A stretch of DNA of 58,312 nucleotides, taken from positions 1 through 58,312 of the IMG/VR virus record IMGVR_UViG_3300017706_001678. One strand, written 5' to 3'. Numbering within the stretch: the stretch's first letter is position 1; each line of letters opens with the position of its first letter. The notes below the pieces were generated by a model. It was given only the letters and a program-made list of their open reading frames with translations, ran no database searches and was not told the DNA's origin. Position numbers and translations under genes: made by a program. Source of the DNA: a virus (Duplodnaviria; Caudoviricetes). Of this stretch, positions 47,501 to 57,226 are shown piece by piece.

Positions 47501-48492
47501 ATAGAAGACAGTTGTCTTCAATGGACTTAAGAAAAATCTGTCACTCTACCGTCGTGGTGGAAAACAATATCGTATCGGGTATAAATGCACCAAATGGTGA
47601 GTCTGGTGATAAAGCAGGACACACACACGCAAATAACCTACAGTACAATTACGCTAGTGAAAATGCAATATCTCTTACTGATAAACGAATTCATACGAAT
47701 CTTGATGACTATTTAGAGTCAGGAACTTTCCAAGGCAAGACGGTGGGTGGTGGTGCTAGCGACGGAGGTGTTCTTGGTGTGCGTTGGTCAACTGTTCCAA
47801 CGTCCACCCAGATTCAACAAATAGTTTCCACTGATGATGTAAACTGGGACTCTACATATCCTGCACTTACGTTACCGGCAGGAGCATCATACTCAAGAGC
47901 ATATGAAGAAACACAGGCATGGGGACTCACTGGTGGTGGTACTGGTGACCTTGGACCGTGGCAAGCCGCAAATGCGTCATGGGGATCCGATGCAGGGACT
48001 CCAGTTTATGCCTATGGTGCAGTAGGAGCGGCCGGTGTGACTGGTTGGATTCCCGGAAGAAATGCAGCACACTGTAGTCCTGATTATGTTGGTGACAATA
48101 TTATGTGGATATGGGACTTTTATGGTTTGACATTAGAAAGAGATAATTTCGTCGATGGTATGTCTGGCGACTACTACAGACTACAAGTCACTGTGACCAA
48201 GGGTGGTAGTGGAGACAACTCCTCTGGAGGATATTATGCGGGTAACACAGGGCAGGTTTATAACTACTATTGGGATCCTAACACAATTAGCACACATACA
48301 AGTGACGCTTTGCGTTGGTCGATAGGTGATCTAGGTACAGGAAGTGACGAGTGGCCTACTAGTGGCATAACTGGTAGCATGTGGGGAAACAATCCACTAT
48401 ATACACATACTTTCCAATCTACACCATTCGTAGGAACCAACACCGTTTCATTGACATATTCAATTACACATGTAGGATATCCAGAACCATGA
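44542..48492 (+). CDS. Large appendage protein with Ig-like repeats, a cupredoxin-like insert and a beta-helix domain
   Basis: 1316 aa; three FTGTP...W...I.GA repeats; THPL...YVCNIHGPGMG; beta-helix rungs (IENNVF, VKHNIF, IRNNT). Confidence 0.72.
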   Translation: MVYWSEGDIIQPYFSLSGYPPPTVQGYQWLSNDSILVGYTGNTYQIGTADIGNIISVNITAINFYGSTISNISIGDAVTGSTTDFAPFFTGTPNASAVGQTTFTQVFIDDIGSTGNPPPIVSYRWSQNGSIINGAVNQSYTPTITGPLLGNITLSNYVGSTGATIDFGTVIESGDFAPTFTGTPQGSTLTPDVGERLEFLNYGSTGVPEPVTSFQWYDDDVVISGATGYAYVVGATGELAGAKKTIIVTVGLAAGGNDGNRFYFDGVQNPVDYPLTRGVEYIFDQSDSSNGTHPLVLKNGGDNYSWTTDTNPGGELSNGIGVRTLIVPADAPASLTYVCNIHGPGMGNSITVTDVINSTIAGHIDGVVTITNELGSAGETVDFGIIGSELVVPSFTGTPSASVFGQTAGFAVTIQNVGATGYPPPSTTYYWTQNGSIINGAGGQSYTPSDTGRLFGNVTITNGSGSTGATVDFGDIIASPGSFWEPFSVAQSEISSLSENQNIDFGIRKFAASNSDHLADGISLTARSVGISGGRFSMAKTATWVDIGDGVYAADHDFSDYESLMFYLMDGNASTKPLLAVNPSPPSEMDPYRFCYNGNWFTVNKQSAGITNGIVHTVAGDNAYNETILGWTITDATLKSQVNDILAGVTVGITAGPWTLIHSSSNTVSAARIESWDNTSGGLTLAALGGGSLTTYLTYLDFAICGIPGQTLKSGEYTWDLTNGVTAARALYRPANGDASDARIPVSDYCFKLGGGAGVGVTLENVIMEGQALRGSAAGVIRDNGAYGSAVVSNCSITDGSRFARINYTPITFDKCVMRRCSGRGAAVRDGSTFTNNIIDHVESFSGVLIQTATPTSDLKHSHIENNVFSLEASTHGQGLSLYKDSWRNATVKHNIFYNCQRAHSFQPLDGAGIGVTLAYGYTFENNLVVVDKVLDIQGFLSGQKTISFNGAPDTGLSGSTGAQTVTIRNNTSVITDLVPTTFTLSNRRQLSSMDLRKICHSTVVVENNIVSGINAPNGESGDKAGHTHANNLQYNYASENAISLTDKRIHTNLDDYLESGTFQGKTVGGGASDGGVLGVRWSTVPTSTQIQQIVSTDDVNWDSTYPALTLPAGASYSRAYEETQAWGLTGGGTGDLGPWQAANASWGSDAGTPVYAYGAVGAAGVTGWIPGRNAAHCSPDYVGDNIMWIWDFYGLTLERDNFVDGMSGDYYRLQVTVTKGGSGDNSSGGYYAGNTGQVYNYYWDPNTISTHTSDALRWSIGDLGTGSDEWPTSGITGSMWGNNPLYTHTFQSTPFVGTNTVSLTYSITHVGYPEP

Positions 48493-51308
48493 GTTTAATA
48501 ACAGACAATTATCAATGGGACATTCAGTATACTGGTGCTACACCAGTGACCGGAACATTTCTAGATGGCACTCCTTGGATCTATCCAAACGGAGCGACTT
48601 TGGTTTTAGTGGGCGTGTCTCCGGGTCAGACTCTCGCTGCACCTGAAATACAAAATTATGGATTTGAAAGTGGGTATTCTGGAGTTACGTTGCCTGTTGG
48701 TGGTACATATGCACCCGGAACTTTCCAGACATCATCGGGTGTGACATTACCCGGTGCAACTGGGATGGTAAATCAAACAATTATCAATCCACATTATGGT
48801 AAAATTAAAAGAGATGCCGCATACAGAGGTATTTCGTATGATTATGGTACGTTTGATGAAAATGTAAATTGTGTTACTGGACAAGTTGTTACTGGAAACC
48901 AACCCACAAATTATGATCTTTTGTTTGATTTTAGAATGGGAATTCAAGACGACAAACCAGAGTTGACTGTTGGTAGATACTTTGATTCGAGTCAAGGTGT
49001 AACACAATCAAACAACGATGGAGTGATAAATCCCGGTGTGACTCTGGAAGCCGGTGACATGATTGTCACTCAAACTGCATACACTGGAGTCATGGGAAAC
49101 AGTGAAATTTGGACTGGTGGTGGAGGAGAAGTATGTTGGACTCAATCATGGGGAGTGTGTACCGTTGTTGGATCGATTCCGCCATCAAATGCGTTCAGGC
49201 CTCCTGTCAACTGGGATCCTACGGACAAAGCAAACAGACCAATACTGACAGAAGTAGACGACTTGTCCGGACATATCGTTTCTTATCCAAATTATAATTT
49301 CACAGAGGACACAAAATCATGGACAGACACTATAATCTGTCCGGAAGAAATTGAGAATGATTCATATGTGGGCAACCCAAAACAAAGACCGGGAAGCTTG
49401 AATTTAGTTCCAATGTGGAATGACAACTCCAAACTTCGCGGGACTATGAAAGCACAGTCTACATCATACCGTGAGTATGGTGGTTGGGAAGCCATGCAAG
49501 ACGAGGCAAGAATGATTTCTGCATTTGATCCGGGTGTCACGGCTGACGACAGGATTGAATATAGAAGATTGATGACACAAAAAGGAATCGATGTCGGAAT
49601 GGCTTCATATAGCCTAGGCAAATTCTTTAAGAATAATGGATATCACGGAGGAGAATGGAATCCAAAGATATACTTTGCTTACCTTGTTACCCAAGACTCC
49701 AGATTATTTGACGTACTAGATTTTAAATTTGGTAACACATCAAATGAAACATACAAAGAAATTTCAAAAACTGGGCCCGCTGGTAAGAAATTAACTAAAG
49801 GTTACCATGAAACTGAACAATCTCAACAAGGTGGACCCCTTTGTAGTTTTAGACACTTCGATCTTAATGTGAGAGAAAGTGGTATAAGTGGTGGTACTGC
49901 ATACATTGTAATAGATAGACCAATAGACTCAAGTGCAAATAATTTAGTTTATTATAACCAAGATGGTTCGACATACGAGGGACCGGGAACGAATCCAGTG
50001 ACCGGCACTGATGGAAATGTATACAATGGTCCGGGAATTACATCGAGTCGGCCGGTTGCTTATCATGGACTGTTTAGTGATGAACTAGGCATATCTCCGT
50101 CGTCTAAGTGGTGGGGATTGTCAAGCAATCAAAGAAAACTCAAAGACGCATATTTAATGAGTGCCTATGTGAGAACCAAGGGCCCGTCTGGTGGAATCTC
50201 CAGAATCATATGGACAGATTCCACAGATCCGGCTCCGGGTTATGTTGGGTCATGGAATCCAATCGAAGGCACAGCGGGAACTCAATCTACTTGGGAGAAG
50301 AATCCAGATTATATTACAGCGTGGCTTCAAGAAGATATTGTTGGTGGTGGTCCAAATGGAATTACACAAGCAGATCTATCTAATGCACTCGTTGAAACCA
50401 GACCCAACTTAGAGTATAGAACAATAACATACGGTGAAAAGAATACTTCGACAGAAGCAGGAGATTATGCGTACACATATTCCTTTATCAGTCATGTTCT
50501 CTCTAATCAATTGATATACAACTCAATTCAAAGTGCAGGAATTACCCTTCCCCATTGGGGACAACTAATGAAAAATAGATCTAATTTCCTTACAGCAACT
50601 GATGCAGGGAAAAATGTACTGGTACATTGGTCCAACGCGGCATATAATGTAGGACATATACCAAATGGTAATTTCTTAGACACCAGAACATTGTATCACG
50701 CTATGCTCAGGCAAGAGTGTGCTGCCGGTGCAAGTTTGTCACCAGCAGTCATGGAAAACACAGAAGGTGAAAGTATGCCCACCAGTGGTCCCAGTGAGTG
50801 GGGCAGATTAAGGTGTTTAGATGCTTCTAGGTGGTATGATTTACCATCAACAAAGACATGGGAAGAACTACAATCAATCACGGGTGCATCTGGTGGAGTC
50901 ACATCAATAGCAAAGTCAAGTAACGGCACATATTCGCACTATAGAATTGGAAGCGGTCAAGAACTGGGAAGTCCGGGTTGGACTCGGTGGTATTACACAT
51001 CAACCGATGGTCCACCAAATTTTGCTACCACAGGTACGGGACCAACGGGCGAGCTCGTTCTCAAAGGTTGTCCTAATGAATGGAGTAATTATGATGGTCC
51101 TGCCTATGCTATGTGTCCCGGCGCGACATTTGCTTATGGGTTAACTCTGACTTTTACATCAGCATCTAGTGGAACCGATACTAATTGGAACGCTGCATGG
51201 AAACTAATTGATGATGTAGTTCCCTTTAATATGATCGGTCCTTTCCTTGGTGGTGCAAATGATTTTCCTGCACCAAATATCATATGGACACGCAGTGCAG
51301 ATCAGTAA
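48489..51308 (+). CDS. Large hypothetical virion protein
   Basis: 939 aa from ATG 48489 (ATGA overlap); Gly/Thr-rich. Confidence 0.65.
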   Translation: MSLITDNYQWDIQYTGATPVTGTFLDGTPWIYPNGATLVLVGVSPGQTLAAPEIQNYGFESGYSGVTLPVGGTYAPGTFQTSSGVTLPGATGMVNQTIINPHYGKIKRDAAYRGISYDYGTFDENVNCVTGQVVTGNQPTNYDLLFDFRMGIQDDKPELTVGRYFDSSQGVTQSNNDGVINPGVTLEAGDMIVTQTAYTGVMGNSEIWTGGGGEVCWTQSWGVCTVVGSIPPSNAFRPPVNWDPTDKANRPILTEVDDLSGHIVSYPNYNFTEDTKSWTDTIICPEEIENDSYVGNPKQRPGSLNLVPMWNDNSKLRGTMKAQSTSYREYGGWEAMQDEARMISAFDPGVTADDRIEYRRLMTQKGIDVGMASYSLGKFFKNNGYHGGEWNPKIYFAYLVTQDSRLFDVLDFKFGNTSNETYKEISKTGPAGKKLTKGYHETEQSQQGGPLCSFRHFDLNVRESGISGGTAYIVIDRPIDSSANNLVYYNQDGSTYEGPGTNPVTGTDGNVYNGPGITSSRPVAYHGLFSDELGISPSSKWWGLSSNQRKLKDAYLMSAYVRTKGPSGGISRIIWTDSTDPAPGYVGSWNPIEGTAGTQSTWEKNPDYITAWLQEDIVGGGPNGITQADLSNALVETRPNLEYRTITYGEKNTSTEAGDYAYTYSFISHVLSNQLIYNSIQSAGITLPHWGQLMKNRSNFLTATDAGKNVLVHWSNAAYNVGHIPNGNFLDTRTLYHAMLRQECAAGASLSPAVMENTEGESMPTSGPSEWGRLRCLDASRWYDLPSTKTWEELQSITGASGGVTSIAKSSNGTYSHYRIGSGQELGSPGWTRWYYTSTDGPPNFATTGTGPTGELVLKGCPNEWSNYDGPAYAMCPGATFAYGLTLTFTSASSGTDTNWNAAWKLIDDVVPFNMIGPFLGGANDFPAPNIIWTRSADQ

Positions 51309-51365
51309 TATTTAAGTTTTTAATTTTCAACAAAAATTAATTCCTAAATACAGTAGGAGATCTGT

Positions 51366-51800
51366 ATGAGTAGCACAAACATAGACTACCAGATAATTCA
51401 TTATCAGGGTGATACATATACTCTTCAATTTAATTACTTAGATGATACTAAAACTGCAGTTGATTTGTCTGGAGTTTCAGCAGAAATGAATATCAGAAGA
51501 GCACCCAATTATGATAAATTGGTTGCTTTTATTGATGATTCGTATCCCACCGGGTCATTTGGAATGAGTGGTGATGGGGGGTTTACATATGGTAATGGTT
51601 ATTCTGGAGAAACTGGTGGAATAATACTAAATTATGATGGTGTTACTGGTGCTGTATATATCTTAATAGATAATAAGACAATATCTAATATACCAGCAAC
51701 AAGAAATTTTTATGATCTTACGCTTACTTTCAATGATACAGGAGAGGTGAAAACTATACTTACAGGAACATTTGAATTGGCTAGGGAAACCACACGATAA
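51366..51800 (+). CDS. Virion adaptor-like protein, paralogue of ORF 44054
   Basis: Shares YPTGSFG, TGG.ILNY.G.TG.V.I.ID, YDL.L and TIL.G.FE with ORF 44054. Confidence 0.65.
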   Translation: MSSTNIDYQIIHYQGDTYTLQFNYLDDTKTAVDLSGVSAEMNIRRAPNYDKLVAFIDDSYPTGSFGMSGDGGFTYGNGYSGETGGIILNYDGVTGAVYILIDNKTISNIPATRNFYDLTLTFNDTGEVKTILTGTFELARETTR

Positions 51801-51815
51801 CTCTAGGAGAATCCA

Positions 51816-52184
51816 ATGGCAAAAATAGTTTTCAAAAATAGATCTAATCACATACAAACTTCGGATGATATAGAAAATGTTACTATTAAAAAAGACGAAA
51901 GACTAAAGGTAAATGAAACAGTAGATGATGGTCTAGACAATGTAAAAATTAAACAGGATGAGAAATTAAATGTTAGTTTTGGTATTCCATCTTCAGGTCC
52001 GGTCTATATTGTAGGTGAACCCGGACCACGGGGTCCGACTGGACCAGCAGGAAATTATTTTTATTCCAACACTGCACCGGGAGTCGAAGCGATCACAGGA
52101 GACCGTTGGTTTCATCCACCATCAGGTTTAGAATTTACTAAAATTCAGGGTGCGTGGATTCAATTGTATAGGAACATAAAGTAA
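51816..52184 (+). CDS. Small collagen-motif protein with a GDRW module
   Basis: GEPGPRGPTGPAG; GDRWFHPPSGLEF...WIQL; short internal duplication (NVTIKKDERLKV/NVKIKQDEKLNV). Confidence 0.6.
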   Translation: MAKIVFKNRSNHIQTSDDIENVTIKKDERLKVNETVDDGLDNVKIKQDEKLNVSFGIPSSGPVYIVGEPGPRGPTGPAGNYFYSNTAPGVEAITGDRWFHPPSGLEFTKIQGAWIQLYRNIK

Positions 52185-52226
52185 AAAAACGCTATATACT
52201 ATAGCAACAGAATATTTGGGGATATT

Positions 52227-53693
52227 ATGCCAGAGATTAATTTTCCAGCAATAAACGGTACAGACGGCTCTTCATGTGATGTATACTCATTTGGATTTAC
52301 ATCCGGATGTACAAATGCAGATGGAACTAACAGAGGGTTTACTCAAGATTGGTTCTTTGACGGAACTATAGGTGCTTGGGTTTCAGTAACTGTAGGTACT
52401 ACCGGTGGTGGTGCCATAATAGATGGCTTTACCTACGATTCGCCTAATCACAGAGCACCCGTGATGACGGGAAATGGTGATATAAGACAAATTGCATTCT
52501 TGGATCCAGTTACCGGTGGACTTACCTTTGATTACATAAAAACATACGATGTAGTAAACCCAGCTGAAGTTAACTATACAGTTAATTCGTTCCAATGGTT
52601 AGGACATGCTGGATATTTAACACAAAATAGTTTAAAGAACAATGGCAGAAATCTTACCACTGGGGTAACTCTGTGTGCTGATAATTCACATCAGTATGTT
52701 TTTGGCGCAACAACAGATTCTAGCACTGGATTTAAATGGTATATCAATAGAACATCAACGTCTAGTGACAGACCTTCGCCGTTTGCACCATCACCAGTAA
52801 ATCAAGCAGCAGAATTTCTTCTTAGCTACGCCGAATTCACTTCTGACTACACAATCGGTGATGTTGCTGGAACTTCCGCTGGCGACAACGTACCATTCTT
52901 GGGTGGAACATACGCATTCCTAGACTATAATACTGGAAACTCCGGGGAAATTATATTAGACAGTGGTAATAATAACGGACCAGTGATTGGATTTACAACA
53001 GCAGGTGGTCCAATAGTAAAATCATTCCAACCACAACTTAAGCATACAAAAGTTCCGGGAGTTAATGATCCGGTTAACGAGACTAATTTTGCTACGAAAA
53101 ATCCTAGTGGAGTTCAGTTCATAAGACACGAAAATTGGCTTTACTTTGCTTCTGTTATGAGCTTAAGTGGTACAGTTGCAGACAAGGAAGCAGCTCTTGC
53201 AATTGTAACTGCAAGTAATGGTACTGCACTGAAACTGCCAAGAACAGGTATTGTAGACAATGTTCAATTGTATGGCAGTCGAGTTTTATTAGATCCTATG
53301 CTCAATAATTCTTCTATTAATGGAGAAACATTAACCGTGACCGGTGGTCCGACATTAAAAACAGAATATGATCTATTGAATTATGAATTAGATGCTGTGA
53401 ATTTCGGTCCAAATGTTGTGACAACAACTCCGTTTTATCCTATAATTGCAATACCAACGAGAGCTTTGCCAGTAGCAAGCACACTCTCGGCAAGAAGACG
53501 AAAATTCATTGATGGTATATTCCAGATTGGAACTAATGGTGCTAAAAATGGATTTAGTATTGCTGGAGTTAGCACAGTTAATATAACAAACGAGAGAAAC
53601 TTTGTGGAAGAATATACAGTTTTCTGCAGCGAACAGCCCGGGGGAATCGGTCCCAGTACTCCCAATTTCAGATTAACATTCGACTACACATGA
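52227..53693 (+). CDS. Putative virion protein; N-terminus paralogous to ORF 23529
   Basis: First ~53 aa closely match ORF 23529. Confidence 0.65.
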   Translation: MPEINFPAINGTDGSSCDVYSFGFTSGCTNADGTNRGFTQDWFFDGTIGAWVSVTVGTTGGGAIIDGFTYDSPNHRAPVMTGNGDIRQIAFLDPVTGGLTFDYIKTYDVVNPAEVNYTVNSFQWLGHAGYLTQNSLKNNGRNLTTGVTLCADNSHQYVFGATTDSSTGFKWYINRTSTSSDRPSPFAPSPVNQAAEFLLSYAEFTSDYTIGDVAGTSAGDNVPFLGGTYAFLDYNTGNSGEIILDSGNNNGPVIGFTTAGGPIVKSFQPQLKHTKVPGVNDPVNETNFATKNPSGVQFIRHENWLYFASVMSLSGTVADKEAALAIVTASNGTALKLPRTGIVDNVQLYGSRVLLDPMLNNSSINGETLTVTGGPTLKTEYDLLNYELDAVNFGPNVVTTTPFYPIIAIPTRALPVASTLSARRRKFIDGIFQIGTNGAKNGFSIAGVSTVNITNERNFVEEYTVFCSEQPGGIGPSTPNFRLTFDYT

Positions 53694-53727
53694 TCGAATT
53701 GAATAAGCACTTAAGGAATTAATTTAG

Positions 53728-56700
53728 ATGGCTAACAAACTCAATAATTTTCCACCTGCAGGCCTTCCGGTTTCTGCTGGTATCAAAACCCTAAACAGAG
53801 ATCCTAGAACATCTTCCGGCACTGGGTATTATGTAACAGATGCTCTTTCTATAGACTTTAGAATTCAAGGGTTTGTTACTGATAATTCTGCTGAAACAGA
53901 TGCCCATATTAATGAATATAAGAAGGATGGTGTTAAATTCATCATCGATACAACATCAATTCCTTCTGCGATTATTGGTTCATATGAATCGGGTAGCAGT
54001 GGTGGATATGGTGCTCTAGCAATTGGGGATGTTGTTGTTTGGAATGGTGCCCAAAACGATGGTGCTGGACAATGGGAACTCTGGTATGATGCAAGTTCAG
54101 ACGGACTTAGTGGTCCTTCTGGTGGTGCTTTTGGGTATGTCGTAGAAGAAAATCAATTCTATGGCTATTATGGATCTGGTGCTTCTGGGGGATGGAACAC
54201 TGTAGGTGTTGGCAATACAGGTCCAAAGGGTGATACTGGACCCGACGCTCTTGTTGGTGCAAAATATGTACAACAGGGCAATGTAGCTGCAGTTAATGCG
54301 GAAGGTAAAATACGAATAGAAAATAATGATTCGCAACACGCAATACGAATTCACAGAAATGCTGCTGGTCTCAATGGGTTTGTTGGTGCTACTTCAGACC
54401 TTATAAATGTGTTTTTCCCGAATGGTGTTGCTGCTTCGAATAATGACACAAACCCCAAAGTCGTGGTTAGTTTCTACAACGATACGATTGATCAAACCTT
54501 TGCAATTAGAGCGTCTCTCAGAGCAGACGCTATTCAAGAGACTGATGGTAGCGAACTTTTACTTGATATCAATGATGATGGTACATACAACTTCTTCGAA
54601 GTTCTTTGTTCTACCTCGGGTAGTGGGGAATGGAGTGGTACTGGAGTTGCTTGGAATGAGAATGATGAAATTTATGTTCTTGCTCTTTCTGACGGTGTAG
54701 CAGGTGCTGATGGTACTAATGGTGCTCCGGGTGTCACCGGACAGGGAATTACATTCGGAGCCAATGTTGCTGGTGAACTCAACATTCAGTATCTTGATGA
54801 AAATGGAAATACATTTGGTAATCTTGTTCCAACAGGTATTGTTGATGGTGCAACTGGTGATCCCGGTGAAGTAGGATTCCTACTTGCTGCAACCGGTTCT
54901 TCTGCCGGCATGGTCGCGCCAATTTACTGGGGTAACAATACAGATGGAGATACGGGTAGTGTCCAACCCGGTGAAATTTACTATACGAATGTTGGTGGAG
55001 AAAAGATCATAGCAATTCACCATACTCCAAGGGAAGGTTCTTCCGCAACACCATTCGTGTTTGGCTTTACTGCTGGAGATCTCCAATCAGGAACAGAATT
55101 TGAAAACAAGAAGGGTTCTTTATACTTCTATGAGCAACTTGATAAAACCTTACTTCTTAGATCATTCCTAAAGTATACCCAAGCAAAATGTTTGAGTAGT
55201 CCAGAAATTGTTCTACTCAAGGGAATTACAGATACCCAGATTACCGGTGTAAGTGATGCGGAAAGACTCGGTATCACCCTAGATGGAAGTACATCGAAAG
55301 ACATTTTCACACTCATCTCACCTGATGGTTTGAGGGGTACAGGTATAACCTTTGGTGCGATCGTAGATAACAAACTTTTCCTCGATTATGTTGATGAAAA
55401 TGGAAATACATTTGGTAGATTCGAATCGGTAGAAGGTGTATCTGGTGATGTCGGTGGTATGAACCCGTTTAACATTCCATACTCAATTCAGGGGACTACG
55501 ACTGACGCGACAAACGTTCCCCTCGAACAAAATCTAACAACAACCGAAGAAGTTGGCACCAACAAATTAGAAACTCTATCTGTTAATGTTACAGCAGGAA
55601 ATGGTGACTTTGTTGCTGATTATATTAAGTTTCCGGTCAGCAATAACAGTCAAAATAAGAGTGGCTTCCTGACAGTATTTTCTACTACTAGTGTAGAAGA
55701 CTTTGGTGTGTTTAGATTTACAACAGGATCGATAACCGAAGGCGATGGTGACAATGATTTCGTGACCTATGGTAGTTCTGCTAAACCATTACAACATGTT
55801 GGTGGTAATATCACACAGATCGTTGGTAGCACTCCGACTGGATTCACGAGCGGTACTAATGTGCTGTTTGCAATTAACACAGACGGTGCTAAAGGTGCTG
55901 GTGGATCTGCTGGTGCAGGATTTACTTACGGAAATGAATATTTCATTACAAATATTACAGCTAAACCAGAGGCAAGAACAGACGGTACTGAATTAGAAAT
56001 TGGTGATAAATGGTTCTGTACTGATGTCGGTCTTGAGTTTACATACTTAGGTGTCTCTGGTGATGGATTCGTCAACACGGTAGCCGGACCCGGAACAGGA
56101 CCTACTGGTGACGGTGATTATCCAGTTGTGTGGGTCCAAACAAACAACGCAAGACAGGGACAGCAAGGACCACGCGGAGATAGAGGAAATGATGGTCTAC
56201 AGGGTAATGATGGTGCTACTGGTATAGATACCTTTAGTACATGGTCATCATCGGGATTGTATGATGAAAGAACTGGTGTATATGTTACTAGACAGCAATG
56301 TTTACTTGCGTCACCCACCAGCGAACTTATAATTAACACTCACTGGGATCTTTTAAATAGTGGTGCGGGTGCAACAAATGGATTCTTTGTTGTAAAAACT
56401 GGTTTTGAAAATGTCGCTCAGATTCCGGGATTGTTCGACCTCGGGTCTGATTGGAACTCTGTTACCTCGAAGTGGTCACCAGTAGTAACAAATACACCGG
56501 GTGTTCCCGGTTCAGAAGGAGACACTGGTCCTACTGGAGACAGTCTCATAAAGTTTGTTGCAGACGAACAGGATGATGGTCGGGTTTTCTTGGATGCACA
56601 TATTCTTCCCGAAGGCGGGGATCCAACTGATCCGAATGACGTAATCATTACAAATATTCTAGATTCGTCGAGCAATGAGGTTAACTTTAGAGGACCAACT

Positions 56701-57216
56701 GGTCCATCCGGTAATCTTGTTGGAAGTAACAATGAGATAGTTTTCATTAATGGGAATACCGGAGAAGGAACAAACGCAGCAATCATAGACGATAATAGTG
56801 GTAATGAACGATTAGTTCTCCAGAATTACCGAGAAGAAACTGTCAGTAGAAATATTAACATTGTTGATAATCGTTTAACTCTAGATTGCAATGAACCTGT
56901 TGTTCACTTGCGTGTGACAGGCAACGAAACAATAAATTCAGTAAATCTTAATAATTGTAGTAATCCGGGTGACGGAACAACAGTATACATACACCAAGAT
57001 AGTGGTACAGTTACTTGGAATGCAAACCAAGCAGATGAATATCTGCGTAATAACTCGGACTTCGAAGAGGTTTTTGTAAGTTCTCAAGGTTTCCCAACTC
57101 CCGGTAAAATAGAATTTGGTTCGGGTGAAGTCATAGGAGCGTTTACCTTCAAATTCATAGTTAATAGTCCAAGTACATTAGTAATCAATTATGTACAGTT
57201 TGTAACCCCCGAGTGA
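53728..57216 (+). CDS. Large fibre-like protein with interspersed collagen-like segments
   Basis: 1162 aa; short Gly-X-Y tracts; duplicated GITFGA...Y.DENGNTFG; GDKWF module. Confidence 0.7.
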   Translation: MANKLNNFPPAGLPVSAGIKTLNRDPRTSSGTGYYVTDALSIDFRIQGFVTDNSAETDAHINEYKKDGVKFIIDTTSIPSAIIGSYESGSSGGYGALAIGDVVVWNGAQNDGAGQWELWYDASSDGLSGPSGGAFGYVVEENQFYGYYGSGASGGWNTVGVGNTGPKGDTGPDALVGAKYVQQGNVAAVNAEGKIRIENNDSQHAIRIHRNAAGLNGFVGATSDLINVFFPNGVAASNNDTNPKVVVSFYNDTIDQTFAIRASLRADAIQETDGSELLLDINDDGTYNFFEVLCSTSGSGEWSGTGVAWNENDEIYVLALSDGVAGADGTNGAPGVTGQGITFGANVAGELNIQYLDENGNTFGNLVPTGIVDGATGDPGEVGFLLAATGSSAGMVAPIYWGNNTDGDTGSVQPGEIYYTNVGGEKIIAIHHTPREGSSATPFVFGFTAGDLQSGTEFENKKGSLYFYEQLDKTLLLRSFLKYTQAKCLSSPEIVLLKGITDTQITGVSDAERLGITLDGSTSKDIFTLISPDGLRGTGITFGAIVDNKLFLDYVDENGNTFGRFESVEGVSGDVGGMNPFNIPYSIQGTTTDATNVPLEQNLTTTEEVGTNKLETLSVNVTAGNGDFVADYIKFPVSNNSQNKSGFLTVFSTTSVEDFGVFRFTTGSITEGDGDNDFVTYGSSAKPLQHVGGNITQIVGSTPTGFTSGTNVLFAINTDGAKGAGGSAGAGFTYGNEYFITNITAKPEARTDGTELEIGDKWFCTDVGLEFTYLGVSGDGFVNTVAGPGTGPTGDGDYPVVWVQTNNARQGQQGPRGDRGNDGLQGNDGATGIDTFSTWSSSGLYDERTGVYVTRQQCLLASPTSELIINTHWDLLNSGAGATNGFFVVKTGFENVAQIPGLFDLGSDWNSVTSKWSPVVTNTPGVPGSEGDTGPTGDSLIKFVADEQDDGRVFLDAHILPEGGDPTDPNDVIITNILDSSSNEVNFRGPTGPSGNLVGSNNEIVFINGNTGEGTNAAIIDDNSGNERLVLQNYREETVSRNINIVDNRLTLDCNEPVVHLRVTGNETINSVNLNNCSNPGDGTTVYIHQDSGTVTWNANQADEYLRNNSDFEEVFVSSQGFPTPGKIEFGSGEVIGAFTFKFIVNSPSTLVINYVQFVTPE

Positions 57217-57226
57217 TTGGAAATAG

